A stretch of 39,568 bases of DNA from an uncultured Bacteroidota bacterium (GCA_903905685.1 CAIVHI010000319.1:1-39568); one strand, 5' to 3'; counted from the first letter of the stretch, positions 9,319-17,351 are shown. Made by a program: numbers and translations. The notes: generated by a model not told the origin, from the sequence alone.

Positions 9319-10737
9319 CTATCCCAGCAGTTCCGGCCGCTCCAGGTATACCTTCCTTACAAATTCACCAAAAAGCGTATTGGCCCAAGCAAACCACGGG
9401 CGGGAATAGGTGGCGGCATCGTCTTTATGGAACGATTCGTGCATGAAGCCGGTGCCGGCGTGGGTGGCTTGCAGCATGTCGAGGCACTGGTGAACTTCAG
9501 ACGGCGTCTCGGCAGTGATGCCGCGCATAATGATTCCCAAGGGCCAAATTCGGTCCATACCGGCATGGGGGCCGCCAATGCCCTCGGCGGCCTTGCCTTT
9601 AAAGAAGAACGGGTTGTCTTCACTCAGCACCAGCTTGCGGGTATTGTGGTAAATGGGGTCTATGGCCATATCGGGAATGAGGTAGGGTAACGACAGCAGG
9701 GAGGGCACATTGGCATCGTCCATCAGGTTGTAGCTACCCATGCCGTTGGTTTCGTAGGCATATACCGCGCCGTAGCGCTCGGAGGGTGCCGTGGCCAGTC
9801 GGTTGAGCGCGCCGCGCACTTCGCTTTGCAGCGCCCTGATGTCGGCCAGCAGGTCGGTGGCAATATAAAGTTCGGCTACCAGCTCCTCCATTTGTTGCAG
9901 ACTGTGGCGGGCAAAGAAATTGGACGGTATAAGATAGGGGAAAATCGTGGCATCGTCGCTGGGGCGGAACATGGAGCAAATCATGCCGTTGGGGCGGACG
10001 GGGTAGCCGTAGCCATCCAATGGCACCGAGTCTGTGGCATATTCCGTCATGCGCTTAAAGCTGTAGGGCCCCTTGCCGCCCATTCGTTGCTGCTCCCTAA
10101 ATGTGCGCACTATAGTTTTGGCCATCTCCAGCCACTCGGCATCAAACGGCGAGCGGTCGGCCGTGGCTTTAAAGTAGTGGTAGGCCAGCCTGATGGGGTA
10201 GCAAAGGCTGTCTACCTCCCATTTGCGCTCGTGAATGCCCGGCTGCATGGCCGTCACGTCATTCTTCCACTCGCTTACCTTGGTAGGGTCTTTATAGAAG
10301 GCATTGGCATAAGGGTCTTTACGCACATAGGCCGACTGCCGGTTGATGACCCCCTTGATGAGCTGCTGCAACGGCTTGTCGGCCTTGCACAGCGCGATAT
10401 AGGGAAACACCTGTGCCGATGAATCGCGCAGCCACATGGCATCTATATCGCCGGTAATGACATAGGTATCGGGTCGGCCGTTTTTATTGGTGAAATCGAC
10501 TGTGGTGTCGAGCGTGTTGGGGAAGCAGTTCTCGAACAGGTAGGCCAATTCCTTGTTGCCGATGCTGTTCTTGATTTCGCGTATCAGGGCTTCAACGGCC
10601 TCGCTTTTAAATTTGCGTTGGCCGTTGGGAATGCGCACCGTAGGAAATGTTGCCGTAGCGGCCTTGGCGAACCCAGGTGCCGCCAAAATGCCGGCCGTAG
10701 CCCAAGCCGACTGCCTAATGAATCTGCGTCTATCCAT
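9319..10737 (-). CDS. GH125 family (DUF1237) exo-alpha-1,6-mannosidase-like glycoside hydrolase with a Tat-type signal
   Basis: Twin-arginine signal MDRRRFIRQSAWATAGILAAPGFAKA. It also has the ITGDIDAMWLRDSSAQVFPY motif characteristic of GH125. Start moved from 10887 to ATG 10737. Confidence 0.85.
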   Translation of the reverse strand: MDRRRFIRQSAWATAGILAAPGFAKAATATFPTVRIPNGQRKFKSEAVEALIREIKNSIGNKELAYLFENCFPNTLDTTVDFTNKNGRPDTYVITGDIDAMWLRDSSAQVFPYIALCKADKPLQQLIKGVINRQSAYVRKDPYANAFYKDPTKVSEWKNDVTAMQPGIHERKWEVDSLCYPIRLAYHYFKATADRSPFDAEWLEMAKTIVRTFREQQRMGGKGPYSFKRMTEYATDSVPLDGYGYPVRPNGMICSMFRPSDDATIFPYLIPSNFFARHSLQQMEELVAELYIATDLLADIRALQSEVRGALNRLATAPSERYGAVYAYETNGMGSYNLMDDANVPSLLSLPYLIPDMAIDPIYHNTRKLVLSEDNPFFFKGKAAEGIGGPHAGMDRIWPLGIIMRGITAETPSEVHQCLDMLQATHAGTGFMHESFHKDDAATYSRPWFAWANTLFGEFVRKVYLERPELLG

Positions 10738-10987
10738 AATGAACGTTGAAATTGCAAAGTAGCAAAAAGGGGCGAAGGACGCTGCGCTTGAGGGTGAAAG
10801 CGGAGTTAGGAGTGCGGCATGTGTGTGGCTGGTGCGTAGGGGTGAACCGGTGCTTCGCCCGTTCCGGTGATGCTGCCGCAGGTACATGGTAAAATTAACC
10901 GGGCTTCCAGCCTGGGCATAATTCCATAGCTGGACACCTTCCTTTTAAGGCTGGTGACGATGTCTCCAGGTAGACACAAATTCCCCA

Positions 10988-11494
10988 CTACTCCAACGTT
11001 ATTTCCGCCTCAAACTGCAAATGCATTCTGTACTGGCGCTTGAAAATCTCCCTTATCTCTTTGTCAGACCCGTGAAAGTGGGGAGAGGGATGCTTGGAAT
11101 TTGCGACGATTGCTTTCCTTTTTTTGAAGCCGAAATAATATTCAGGTATTTCCAAAAGCATCCGCTTTACTGTGGCTTCTATTTGCCCCAGTCCTTCAGA
11201 TTTCCAATCCGCCCGCTTGGTCTTCAATTCCACAAACACCAGCCTATCCTCATATTGTAACATGGCGTCGCACCTGCTTTCCATCTCGCCGTTATCCCTG
11301 CAAATGTCGATACAGTTATCTATCGCGGTAAATTGAATGGTCTTCGGCGGCGAGGCGTTAACAACGGTCGCAATCCATTTTTCGCTATGGTCAATATTCA
11401 AGAATGCCGGACTTTTGTCGTCCCTATCACAAATGCCGAACCGCATTTCACTCGTAGTACACCTACATTCCGATTGAAAGAAATCAACCTTCAT
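10988..11494 (-). CDS. 168-aa Cys-rich protein with a PD-(D/E)xK nuclease-like core; partner of the upstream ATPase
   Basis: The ATG at 11494-11492 overlaps the ATPase stop (TGA 11486-11484) by 11 nt. The core hairpin is ..SRC-D76-AMLQYEDRLVFV-E89-L-K91-TKR, and nt 11230-11222 encode ELK. It is preceded by FTAID59NCID63IC and six Cys (C10, C12, C22, C61, C65, C75). I recognise no other family signature. Confidence 0.6.
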   Translation of the reverse strand: MKVDFFQSECRCTTSEMRFGICDRDDKSPAFLNIDHSEKWIATVVNASPPKTIQFTAIDNCIDICRDNGEMESRCDAMLQYEDRLVFVELKTKRADWKSEGLGQIEATVKRMLLEIPEYYFGFKKRKAIVANSKHPSPHFHGSDKEIREIFKRQYRMHLQFEAEITLE

Positions 11495-12704
11495 TTTCTT
11501 CTTGAATTTCTAAGAGTTGGTCATAAAGTTGGTTGGTATCGGCGAGCGATTGGTTCAGGTAATTTTTATCCGACGGAATTCCGTAATAGTCGGGGAGTTT
11601 CCTGATAGTCCCACCTTTTTCGTCAAATTCATAAATCACTACGTCATCAGGGTTCGTCATAGACATCGGTGCCACAATGGCATCCAACTTTTCTCGGAGT
11701 AGGTCTGATTTCAGTTCCCCATTTACCTGAAAAGCCTTGATCGACAAGGTGAGGTAGTCTATCATATAGGGACTATGCGTTGTCACCACCAACTGGTTCC
11801 AGGGCAGCAAGTGGTTGAACTGTAGCAAGCTGTACAGTATTTCCTTTTGGGAGGTCGGAAATAGGTTCTGTTCCGGTTCTTCCACGATATTGACGAAGCG
11901 TTTACTGTGGTATTTGGAATAAATCAAGGCTTTCCGTTGATTCCGTTCTTGCTTCGAAAGCCCGGAATCCAAATCGACCCTATCGATTTCCTGTTCCCGT
12001 CTAATCCGATATTCGGGCGATAATTCGGCTAGTTCGGGCACATGCTCAAAATGTACTTTCATAGCCAAATATCTGGTCACAAGGTAAAGGGGCACCAAGG
12101 ACTGGAACCCGCTGGAAGCAGTCAGCAAACTCAGATTCTTAAAGTCGCTGCCCGACAGGAAGGAACGTGAATCTTTATACTCATAAACCGTATTGCCAAG
12201 CGGCAATTCCAAAGCAAGTCCGTTCAAGCCATTTTGCGCCCTAATCAGCTCACGTGCAAAGGTGTCGAGCGGCCCAGGGAGGCCGGAAATGCCGAAGGAT
12301 TCCTTTATGGTGCTCAGGAAATTCCTTTCCGAAGGCACATACATTATTTTGGGCACGAGATAATCATGCCCGTCCGACTCCTTGGCATAATACCCTAATG
12401 CCTCACTGGCGCTGATAAAATATTTCTCTCCCCAATATTCAATAACGGTATCTTTTTTCCAATACTCCCTAATACCCTGCCATTCCAATTTATTTAGAAA
12501 GTCTTCTACATAAGTAATTTTAAAATCCCCCCTGTTTAACGCCTTCTCCATCCAAATAAACATCGAAATCAGCTTAGCCACGGTACTCTTGCCGCTGCCT
12601 TGATTGCCAATGAAGACGGTCACCTTTTTGATGTCGAGCCAGCCGCCGTTCTCCAAACAGCCTTCCTTGATGGGGCCGAAATTCTTGATTTTGATCTTGC
12701 TCAT
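11484..12704 (-). CDS. ABC/SMC-like ATPase of the AAA_15/AAA_21 type
   Basis: Walker A G33-NQGSGKST-41 follows an IKIKNFGPIK N-terminus. Also present are the signature-like ASSGFQSL, the Walker B/D-loop FVNIVEEPEQNLFP and the H-loop TTHSPYMI. Length is 406 aa. Spot counts of lines 11881, 12001 and 12421 give about 37-45% G+C, against about 57% for line 13741 in the GH92 gene. Confidence 0.85.
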   Translation of the reverse strand: MSKIKIKNFGPIKEGCLENGGWLDIKKVTVFIGNQGSGKSTVAKLISMFIWMEKALNRGDFKITYVEDFLNKLEWQGIREYWKKDTVIEYWGEKYFISASEALGYYAKESDGHDYLVPKIMYVPSERNFLSTIKESFGISGLPGPLDTFARELIRAQNGLNGLALELPLGNTVYEYKDSRSFLSGSDFKNLSLLTASSGFQSLVPLYLVTRYLAMKVHFEHVPELAELSPEYRIRREQEIDRVDLDSGLSKQERNQRKALIYSKYHSKRFVNIVEEPEQNLFPTSQKEILYSLLQFNHLLPWNQLVVTTHSPYMIDYLTLSIKAFQVNGELKSDLLREKLDAIVAPMSMTNPDDVVIYEFDEKGGTIRKLPDYYGIPSDKNYLNQSLADTNQLYDQLLEIQEENEG

Positions 12705-12901
12705 TGCCGGTCAAATTTACCGCTTTAGCCAAATATGCTCCCCAATAAATTCTTGGCCACATTCCGCGCCGCCTGGCTTTGGGTCATTTCAGACGATGCG
12801 AAAATTTGCCATGCGAACCCTGGGGCAAAAAAGTAGACAATACACTAAATATATTTTCGGCAGTCAGTTACTGCCGAATTGAAAGGCATTTTCTCATGCT
12901 T

Positions 12902-12930
12902 CAAACCGGGGTTTAACAAACCCCGGTTTG
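12902..12930. other. Perfect 10-bp stem-loop in the non-coding spacer upstream of the ATPase gene
   Basis: caaaccgggg (12902-12911) / ccccggtttg (12921-12930) with a 9-nt loop. A second 8-bp hairpin, ttcggcag/ctgccgaa, lies at 12866-12888. Neither has a clear U-tract, so the function is unknown. Confidence 0.45.
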
Positions 12931-13536
12931 GCGGAACATCGACTAAATTTTTATACCCACCAATTTGCAGCTACCTGCGCAAAAATTGCCCACCTCCCAA
13001 TTGCACAAACACCGCTTGCGCAATTGCCAACCCACGCCATTAGCGGGTGGCCATTATACGCCAACCCATTTCTCAACTAACCTCGTAGTTTTGTAAAACC
13101 CCACTACCTACGAAAAACGGGCGTGACCAGTGCACCCTGCCGACAAACTAAATAGGACAATATCACAGGCAGGGCGATAAAAATGGCATCAATAAATCCC
13201 GGACACTCTAACAAAGCAATACGGATGAGCGAAGCGGTAATGAACAGCCTGCCTGAAAAGCAATTTTTTACTGAGCTTGCGGTGCTCATTAATGAAAGTA
13301 GCAAATGAGTAGCATAAACGGTCAATTCAACACTAACACTGTTGTGTTGGAAAATCGGCACCGGAATAAATCGGGATAGCCTAAAAAGTGGAAGGGCGGA
13401 GTATGGTAAAAGATTGTCGTTTTGTAGACACGGCTGCACTCCCTATTTTCCCCCACTATAGGAAATTTCACAAGGCTATGGATATATTTGTAGATGCATG
13501 GCCACACTCCGTGCCCGCTTGAAAATCGATAGCCGA

Positions 13537-15783
13537 ATGAAACCATTGAAAAAGCTCCTTTATGCCGCCACTTTTTTCATCATTTGTTCGTTTGCCGTGG
13601 GCAAGGCAGAGCACTTGGTGCGCAATGTAAATCCGTTCATTGGCACGGGCGGACATGGGCATTGCTACCCGGGTGCTACGGTGCCGTTTGGGATGGTGCA
13701 AATAAGTCCGGACAACGGCACCGAGGGTTGGGACTGGTGCAGCGGCTACAACTATGGCGATTCCATGATAGCCGGCTTCAGCCATATGCACCTCAGCGGC
13801 ACGGGGGTGGGCGAGTGGTGCGACATATCGGTGATGCCCAATCCCGGGCTCATTCCCGATACGGGCAAGTTTTTCCGCGTCAAGTTCAGCCATGAAAACG
13901 AGGTGGCATTTCCCGGCTACTACAGCGTCATCATGAACAACGGCGTGCAGGCATCGTTCACGGCCACCGAGCGTTGCGCGTTCCATAAGTATTTCTTTCC
14001 CGTAGCCTCCACGCCCGTCATCAAGTTCAACTTGGGCTTCAGCATCAACTACGACAGCACTACCGAGACCTACTTCACCAAGGTAGACGACAGCACCTTT
14101 ATGGGCTATCGCTATTCCACCGGCTGGGCCAAAGCACAGCGGGTCTACTTCGCCGTCAAGACGTCCGAACCCATAGTGAAAGCCTTCATTTACGATGAAG
14201 GTACTCCCGCCATCAACAACTCCATGAGGGGGCATTATGTGAAGAGCCAATTGGTTTTCAAAGACTTGCAGGGTAAACCTTTGATGATGAAGGTCGCGCT
14301 GTCTACGGTGAGTCCGCAACGGGCATTGGTGACCCTGAAAGAAATTTCGGATTGGGGGTCGTTCGATGAAGTTCGAAAGACGGCTGAAAACGCTTGGGAA
14401 AAGGAGATGTCCAAAATTACCGTAAAAGGCAGCGACGACCGCTTGAAGCGCATCTTCTACACCGCCCTCTACCACACATGCATGGCGCCGGTGCTTTACT
14501 CGGATGCCGACGGGGTGTATAAAAACGCCAACGACAGCACCTTCAAAACCGCATCGGGCCAACGATATACTGTGTTCTCGCTGTGGGACACCTTCCGCGG
14601 CCTCAATCCGCTGTTCACCCTCACCCAAGGCCGCCGCAACACCGATATCCTCAACAGTATGCTGGCATTCTGCAATGAAAACGGCGAACTGCCCGTTTGG
14701 GACTTGAGCACTTGGGAGACGGGCTGCATGAGCGGCTACCACGCAGTGCCCGTACTGGCCGATGCCGTGCTTAAAAGCACGCCCGGCCTCGACCCCGAGA
14801 AAGCCTATGCGGCCATGAAAATCAGCGCATTCCAAAAAATTCGCGGCACGCAGGACTACATCAAGTATGGCTACCTGCCCCAAGACAAGGGCGGCTATAG
14901 CGTAACCATCACTTTGGAATATGCCTACGACGACTGGTGCATTGCCCAAGTGGCCAAGAAGTTGGGCTATCGCGACGACTATGAAATGTTCATGAAGCGC
15001 TCTGCAGCCTACCGCCTGCTGTTCGATAGGAAGACCGGCTTCATCCGTGCCAAGAATGCCGATGGTAAGTTTACAGAGCCCTTCAACCCCTATTTCTCGT
15101 CGGTAGACGAGAGCAAGGCCATGTACGAGGAAGGCAATGCTTGGCAATACACCTTCTTCGTGCCCCACGATGTGCAGGGGTTGGCGCGCATGATGGGTGG
15201 TAAGGACAAATTCATCGAGAAGCTCGACTCCCTGTTTACCGTGCCCTCGCAAGCTGAGGGCGAGCAGAGCCCGCCCGACATCAGCGGGCTGATAGGCCAG
15301 TATGCGCACGGCAACGAGCCCAGCCACCACATTGCCTACCTCTACAGCTTTATAGGTGCCCCTTGGAAAACGCAGGAAAAAATCCGCATGATAGTGGATT
15401 CCATGTATCACGACAATCCGCAGGCGGGCTATGCCGGCAATGAAGATTGTGGGCAAATGAGCGCATGGGCGGTTTGGAGCATGATGGGCTTTTATCCTGC
15501 AAATCCGGCCAGTGGCGAGTATGTATTCGGCACCCCCATGTTCGAGGAAATCTCCATCAATCTGGGTAATGGCCGCACCTTCAAGGTGACGGCTACGAAT
15601 TTCGGTAAAAACAAACCCTACATCAAGAGCGTGAAGCTGAATGGGATGCCCTACACCAAATCCTACATCCGTCATGCCGACATGGTGACCGGGGGCAAGT
15701 TGGAATTCGAAATGAGCGACAAGCCCAACAAGGCGTTTGGCGCCAAGCCCGAAGATTGGCCGTATTCGGCATCGGCACTGTAG
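13537..15783 (+). CDS. GH92 family alpha-mannosidase
   Basis: Signal peptide MKPLKKLLYAATFFIICSFAVGKA. GH92 hallmark NPFIGTGGHGHCYPGATVPFGMVQISPDN, plus HGNEPSHHIAYLY and AGNEDCGQMSAWAVW. Start moved from 13498 to ATG 13537. Confidence 0.9.
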   Translation: MKPLKKLLYAATFFIICSFAVGKAEHLVRNVNPFIGTGGHGHCYPGATVPFGMVQISPDNGTEGWDWCSGYNYGDSMIAGFSHMHLSGTGVGEWCDISVMPNPGLIPDTGKFFRVKFSHENEVAFPGYYSVIMNNGVQASFTATERCAFHKYFFPVASTPVIKFNLGFSINYDSTTETYFTKVDDSTFMGYRYSTGWAKAQRVYFAVKTSEPIVKAFIYDEGTPAINNSMRGHYVKSQLVFKDLQGKPLMMKVALSTVSPQRALVTLKEISDWGSFDEVRKTAENAWEKEMSKITVKGSDDRLKRIFYTALYHTCMAPVLYSDADGVYKNANDSTFKTASGQRYTVFSLWDTFRGLNPLFTLTQGRRNTDILNSMLAFCNENGELPVWDLSTWETGCMSGYHAVPVLADAVLKSTPGLDPEKAYAAMKISAFQKIRGTQDYIKYGYLPQDKGGYSVTITLEYAYDDWCIAQVAKKLGYRDDYEMFMKRSAAYRLLFDRKTGFIRAKNADGKFTEPFNPYFSSVDESKAMYEEGNAWQYTFFVPHDVQGLARMMGGKDKFIEKLDSLFTVPSQAEGEQSPPDISGLIGQYAHGNEPSHHIAYLYSFIGAPWKTQEKIRMIVDSMYHDNPQAGYAGNEDCGQMSAWAVWSMMGFYPANPASGEYVFGTPMFEEISINLGNGRTFKVTATNFGKNKPYIKSVKLNGMPYTKSYIRHADMVTGGKLEFEMSDKPNKAFGAKPEDWPYSASAL

Positions 15784-15798
15784 TTTAGGTGCCCGTCA

Positions 15799-16695
15799 CT
15801 ATCGGGTTTTGAAGACTATGGCTGTGTCGTTTTTCAGGAGGTTGGAGAACGACGTACCGGCATCCAAATCGTGCTTCAAGTGGCAGTCAAGCCAGGGTAT
15901 CAGGTATTTGTCGATGAGCTCATGCTGGGCTTCTCGCGTTATTTCGGGTTTGGGTTTGCAGGCGCCCTCGCCAAAGCCGCAGGTCACACTCTTGTCGGCC
16001 ATCAGGCAGTGGCTGCCTCCCTTAATGCCTATGTAGCATTTGGATGGGCTCGCCAAGGCTTCATACATAGGCAGTTGGTGCTTGTCGGGCGGCGTGATGC
16101 AGTCGTTGAGGCCAGCGAAAATCAATGCCGGTATGGCAATTTTTTTTGCTGCCGCAATGGCCGATGGGCCGGTTTCGGCGGGTGCAAGGGTGGCTATGGC
16201 CTTGATTTCGGGATGCCCTGCCGCCGCAAGAAAAGACGAACCGCCACCCATACTATGACCCATAACGCAGGTCATGGTGTCTACATGGCCATAAAGTGGG
16301 GAGCCCGGGTTTCGGCCTTCCTTTTGGAGTTGTTGCAACACAAAAGCCAAGTCTTGCCCTTGAGCATCGTGGTGGGGCGAGAAAGACGCCTCGGTGGTGG
16401 GCAACACCATGATGTAGCCATGAGGCACCACGGCCTCCCAAATGTTTTGGTAGGCATCCCACCGCATCACAAATCCGTGTCCAAAGGCAATTGCGGGTGC
16501 CTTGCCCAGCAAAGTTTTGGAGAAAGCGGTATTGTCGCCGGCAGTCTCGGCGGGGTAATACACCTCGCAAGTCACCTCCCTGTTCTGCCGCGCGGCATCT
16601 ACCATTGTAAGCGATACATGCCCAATGGGGTAGGGCTGTGCAAAAGCCGCGAGACAGCAACAAGCCCCAATCAAGCAGAGTAAAGCCGTTTTCAT
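15799..16695 (-). CDS. Secreted alpha/beta hydrolase of the dienelactone-hydrolase/cutinase-like (polyesterase-like) type
   Basis: Signal peptide MKTALLCLIGACCCLAAFAQ. Nucleophile elbow GHSMGGG, acid in FAGLNDCITPP and His in KGGSHC, in the same order and context as cutinase/PETase-like lipases. Start moved from 16848 to ATG 16695. Confidence 0.7.
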   Translation of the reverse strand: MKTALLCLIGACCCLAAFAQPYPIGHVSLTMVDAARQNREVTCEVYYPAETAGDNTAFSKTLLGKAPAIAFGHGFVMRWDAYQNIWEAVVPHGYIMVLPTTEASFSPHHDAQGQDLAFVLQQLQKEGRNPGSPLYGHVDTMTCVMGHSMGGGSSFLAAAGHPEIKAIATLAPAETGPSAIAAAKKIAIPALIFAGLNDCITPPDKHQLPMYEALASPSKCYIGIKGGSHCLMADKSVTCGFGEGACKPKPEITREAQHELIDKYLIPWLDCHLKHDLDAGTSFSNLLKNDTAIVFKTR

Positions 16696-17297
16696 GAAGG
16701 CAAAATTAATGGATTTGTGGGCGTGGGAGGGCGATGCAATTCGGATTTGATTTGCATGGGTTGAAAAATTATTTCCCATAAGGTCGAGGACATATCCTAA
16801 ACCTGCTGTACTATTGGTTGCTTTTAAAAAGGAGGTAAGACCCTTCAAAGACTTTAAAGAAATAGAATGCTCTGGATACGGGTGTATTCATTAAGGTATT
16901 TGGTTGGAAATACATAGAATTCCCATTGCTCAAGATTAAGCGGATCAACTGTTTGCTTAATCTCAGGATGCAGAAGGTAAAGCACATATACATCTGAATA
17001 CCTTTGAGGTTTTCCATCGAAGATGGAGGTGCTGCCGAGGTCGGCATGGAATACAAGTGGGATTATCGCGATAGGGGGTGGGAGCATGAACACAACCGGC
17101 GGGTATGTGGGGCAGCTATTTTTCCCGAGGAGTATTGACCATTTAACAGCATTGCTAAGAAAATACGGGGTGTCAGGATTAGCCTCCCTTTCAGAACGCT
17201 AACGGCGGTTACGCCCAACGATAATTGTTTGTCCAAGTCGCTATCCTAAGCCCCCAAAAAACACACCATCTAAATTGTTACGTTCAAAATGTTTCCT

Positions 17298-17305
17298 TAC
17301 CTTTG
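17298..17305 (+). promoter_or_regulatory. Candidate Bacteroidota -7 promoter element for the L31 gene
   Basis: TACCTTTG matches the TAnnTTTG consensus and lies 46 nt upstream of ATG 17352. A small hairpin gcatgg/ccatgc lies in the presumed leader. Confidence 0.3.
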
Positions 17306-17351
17306 CGCCTCAAAAAATGCATGGCGACTTCCATGCGCTAAAAAGATTTTT

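Noticed and set aside
10988-11494. Reading the 168-aa partner as a TOPRIM/DUF4435 (PARIS AriB-like) or RloB/OLD-type domain because of the CDRDD motif near the N-terminus
   Set aside because: The acidic cluster lies only about 13 residues after the nearest upstream Glu. There is no E..DxD arrangement with TOPRIM spacing, and the protein is too short. The D-x12-E-x-K beta-hairpin is a much better fit to PD-(D/E)xK. This still needs a profile or structure check.
12955-13035. CAATTGC/CCCAC repeat cluster considered as a CRISPR array or tandem repeat
   Set aside because: The units are only 7-15 nt with irregular 15-23 nt spacing and partly inverted orientation. There are no 25-40 nt direct repeats and no cas genes, so it is not a CRISPR array.
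13104-13439. 111-aa minus-strand ORF (and the overlapping 74-aa ORF 13322-13546) as a small membrane protein belonging to the ATPase module
   Set aside because: It has some hydrophobic stretches but no recognisable family and poor start context. It lies in very AT-rich DNA where random ORFs are expected, and two hairpins separate it from the ATPase. I left it unannotated, though it would be worth a Ribo-seq or conservation check.
6525-13536. Mobile-element boundaries (integrase, transposase, tRNA target, terminal repeats) for the two accessory islets
   Set aside because: I searched the ORF translations and junction sequences by eye and found none. I therefore make no mobile_element call and note only the compositional and synteny arguments.
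13468-15675. 735-aa ORF on the minus strand, the longest alternative ORF in the window
   Set aside because: It lies entirely antisense to the GH92 gene, which carries unmistakable family motifs. Its translation is Ala/Gly/His/Val/Arg-rich with no recognisable motif, typical of a shadow ORF in a G+C-rich coding region.
17094-17351. Zur box or zinc-responsive regulation of the type B L31 gene
   Set aside because: No convincing AT-rich palindrome of the Zur type is visible upstream. Type B L31 appears to be the usual housekeeping form in Bacteroidota, so a paralogue-switch interpretation is not supported from this window alone.
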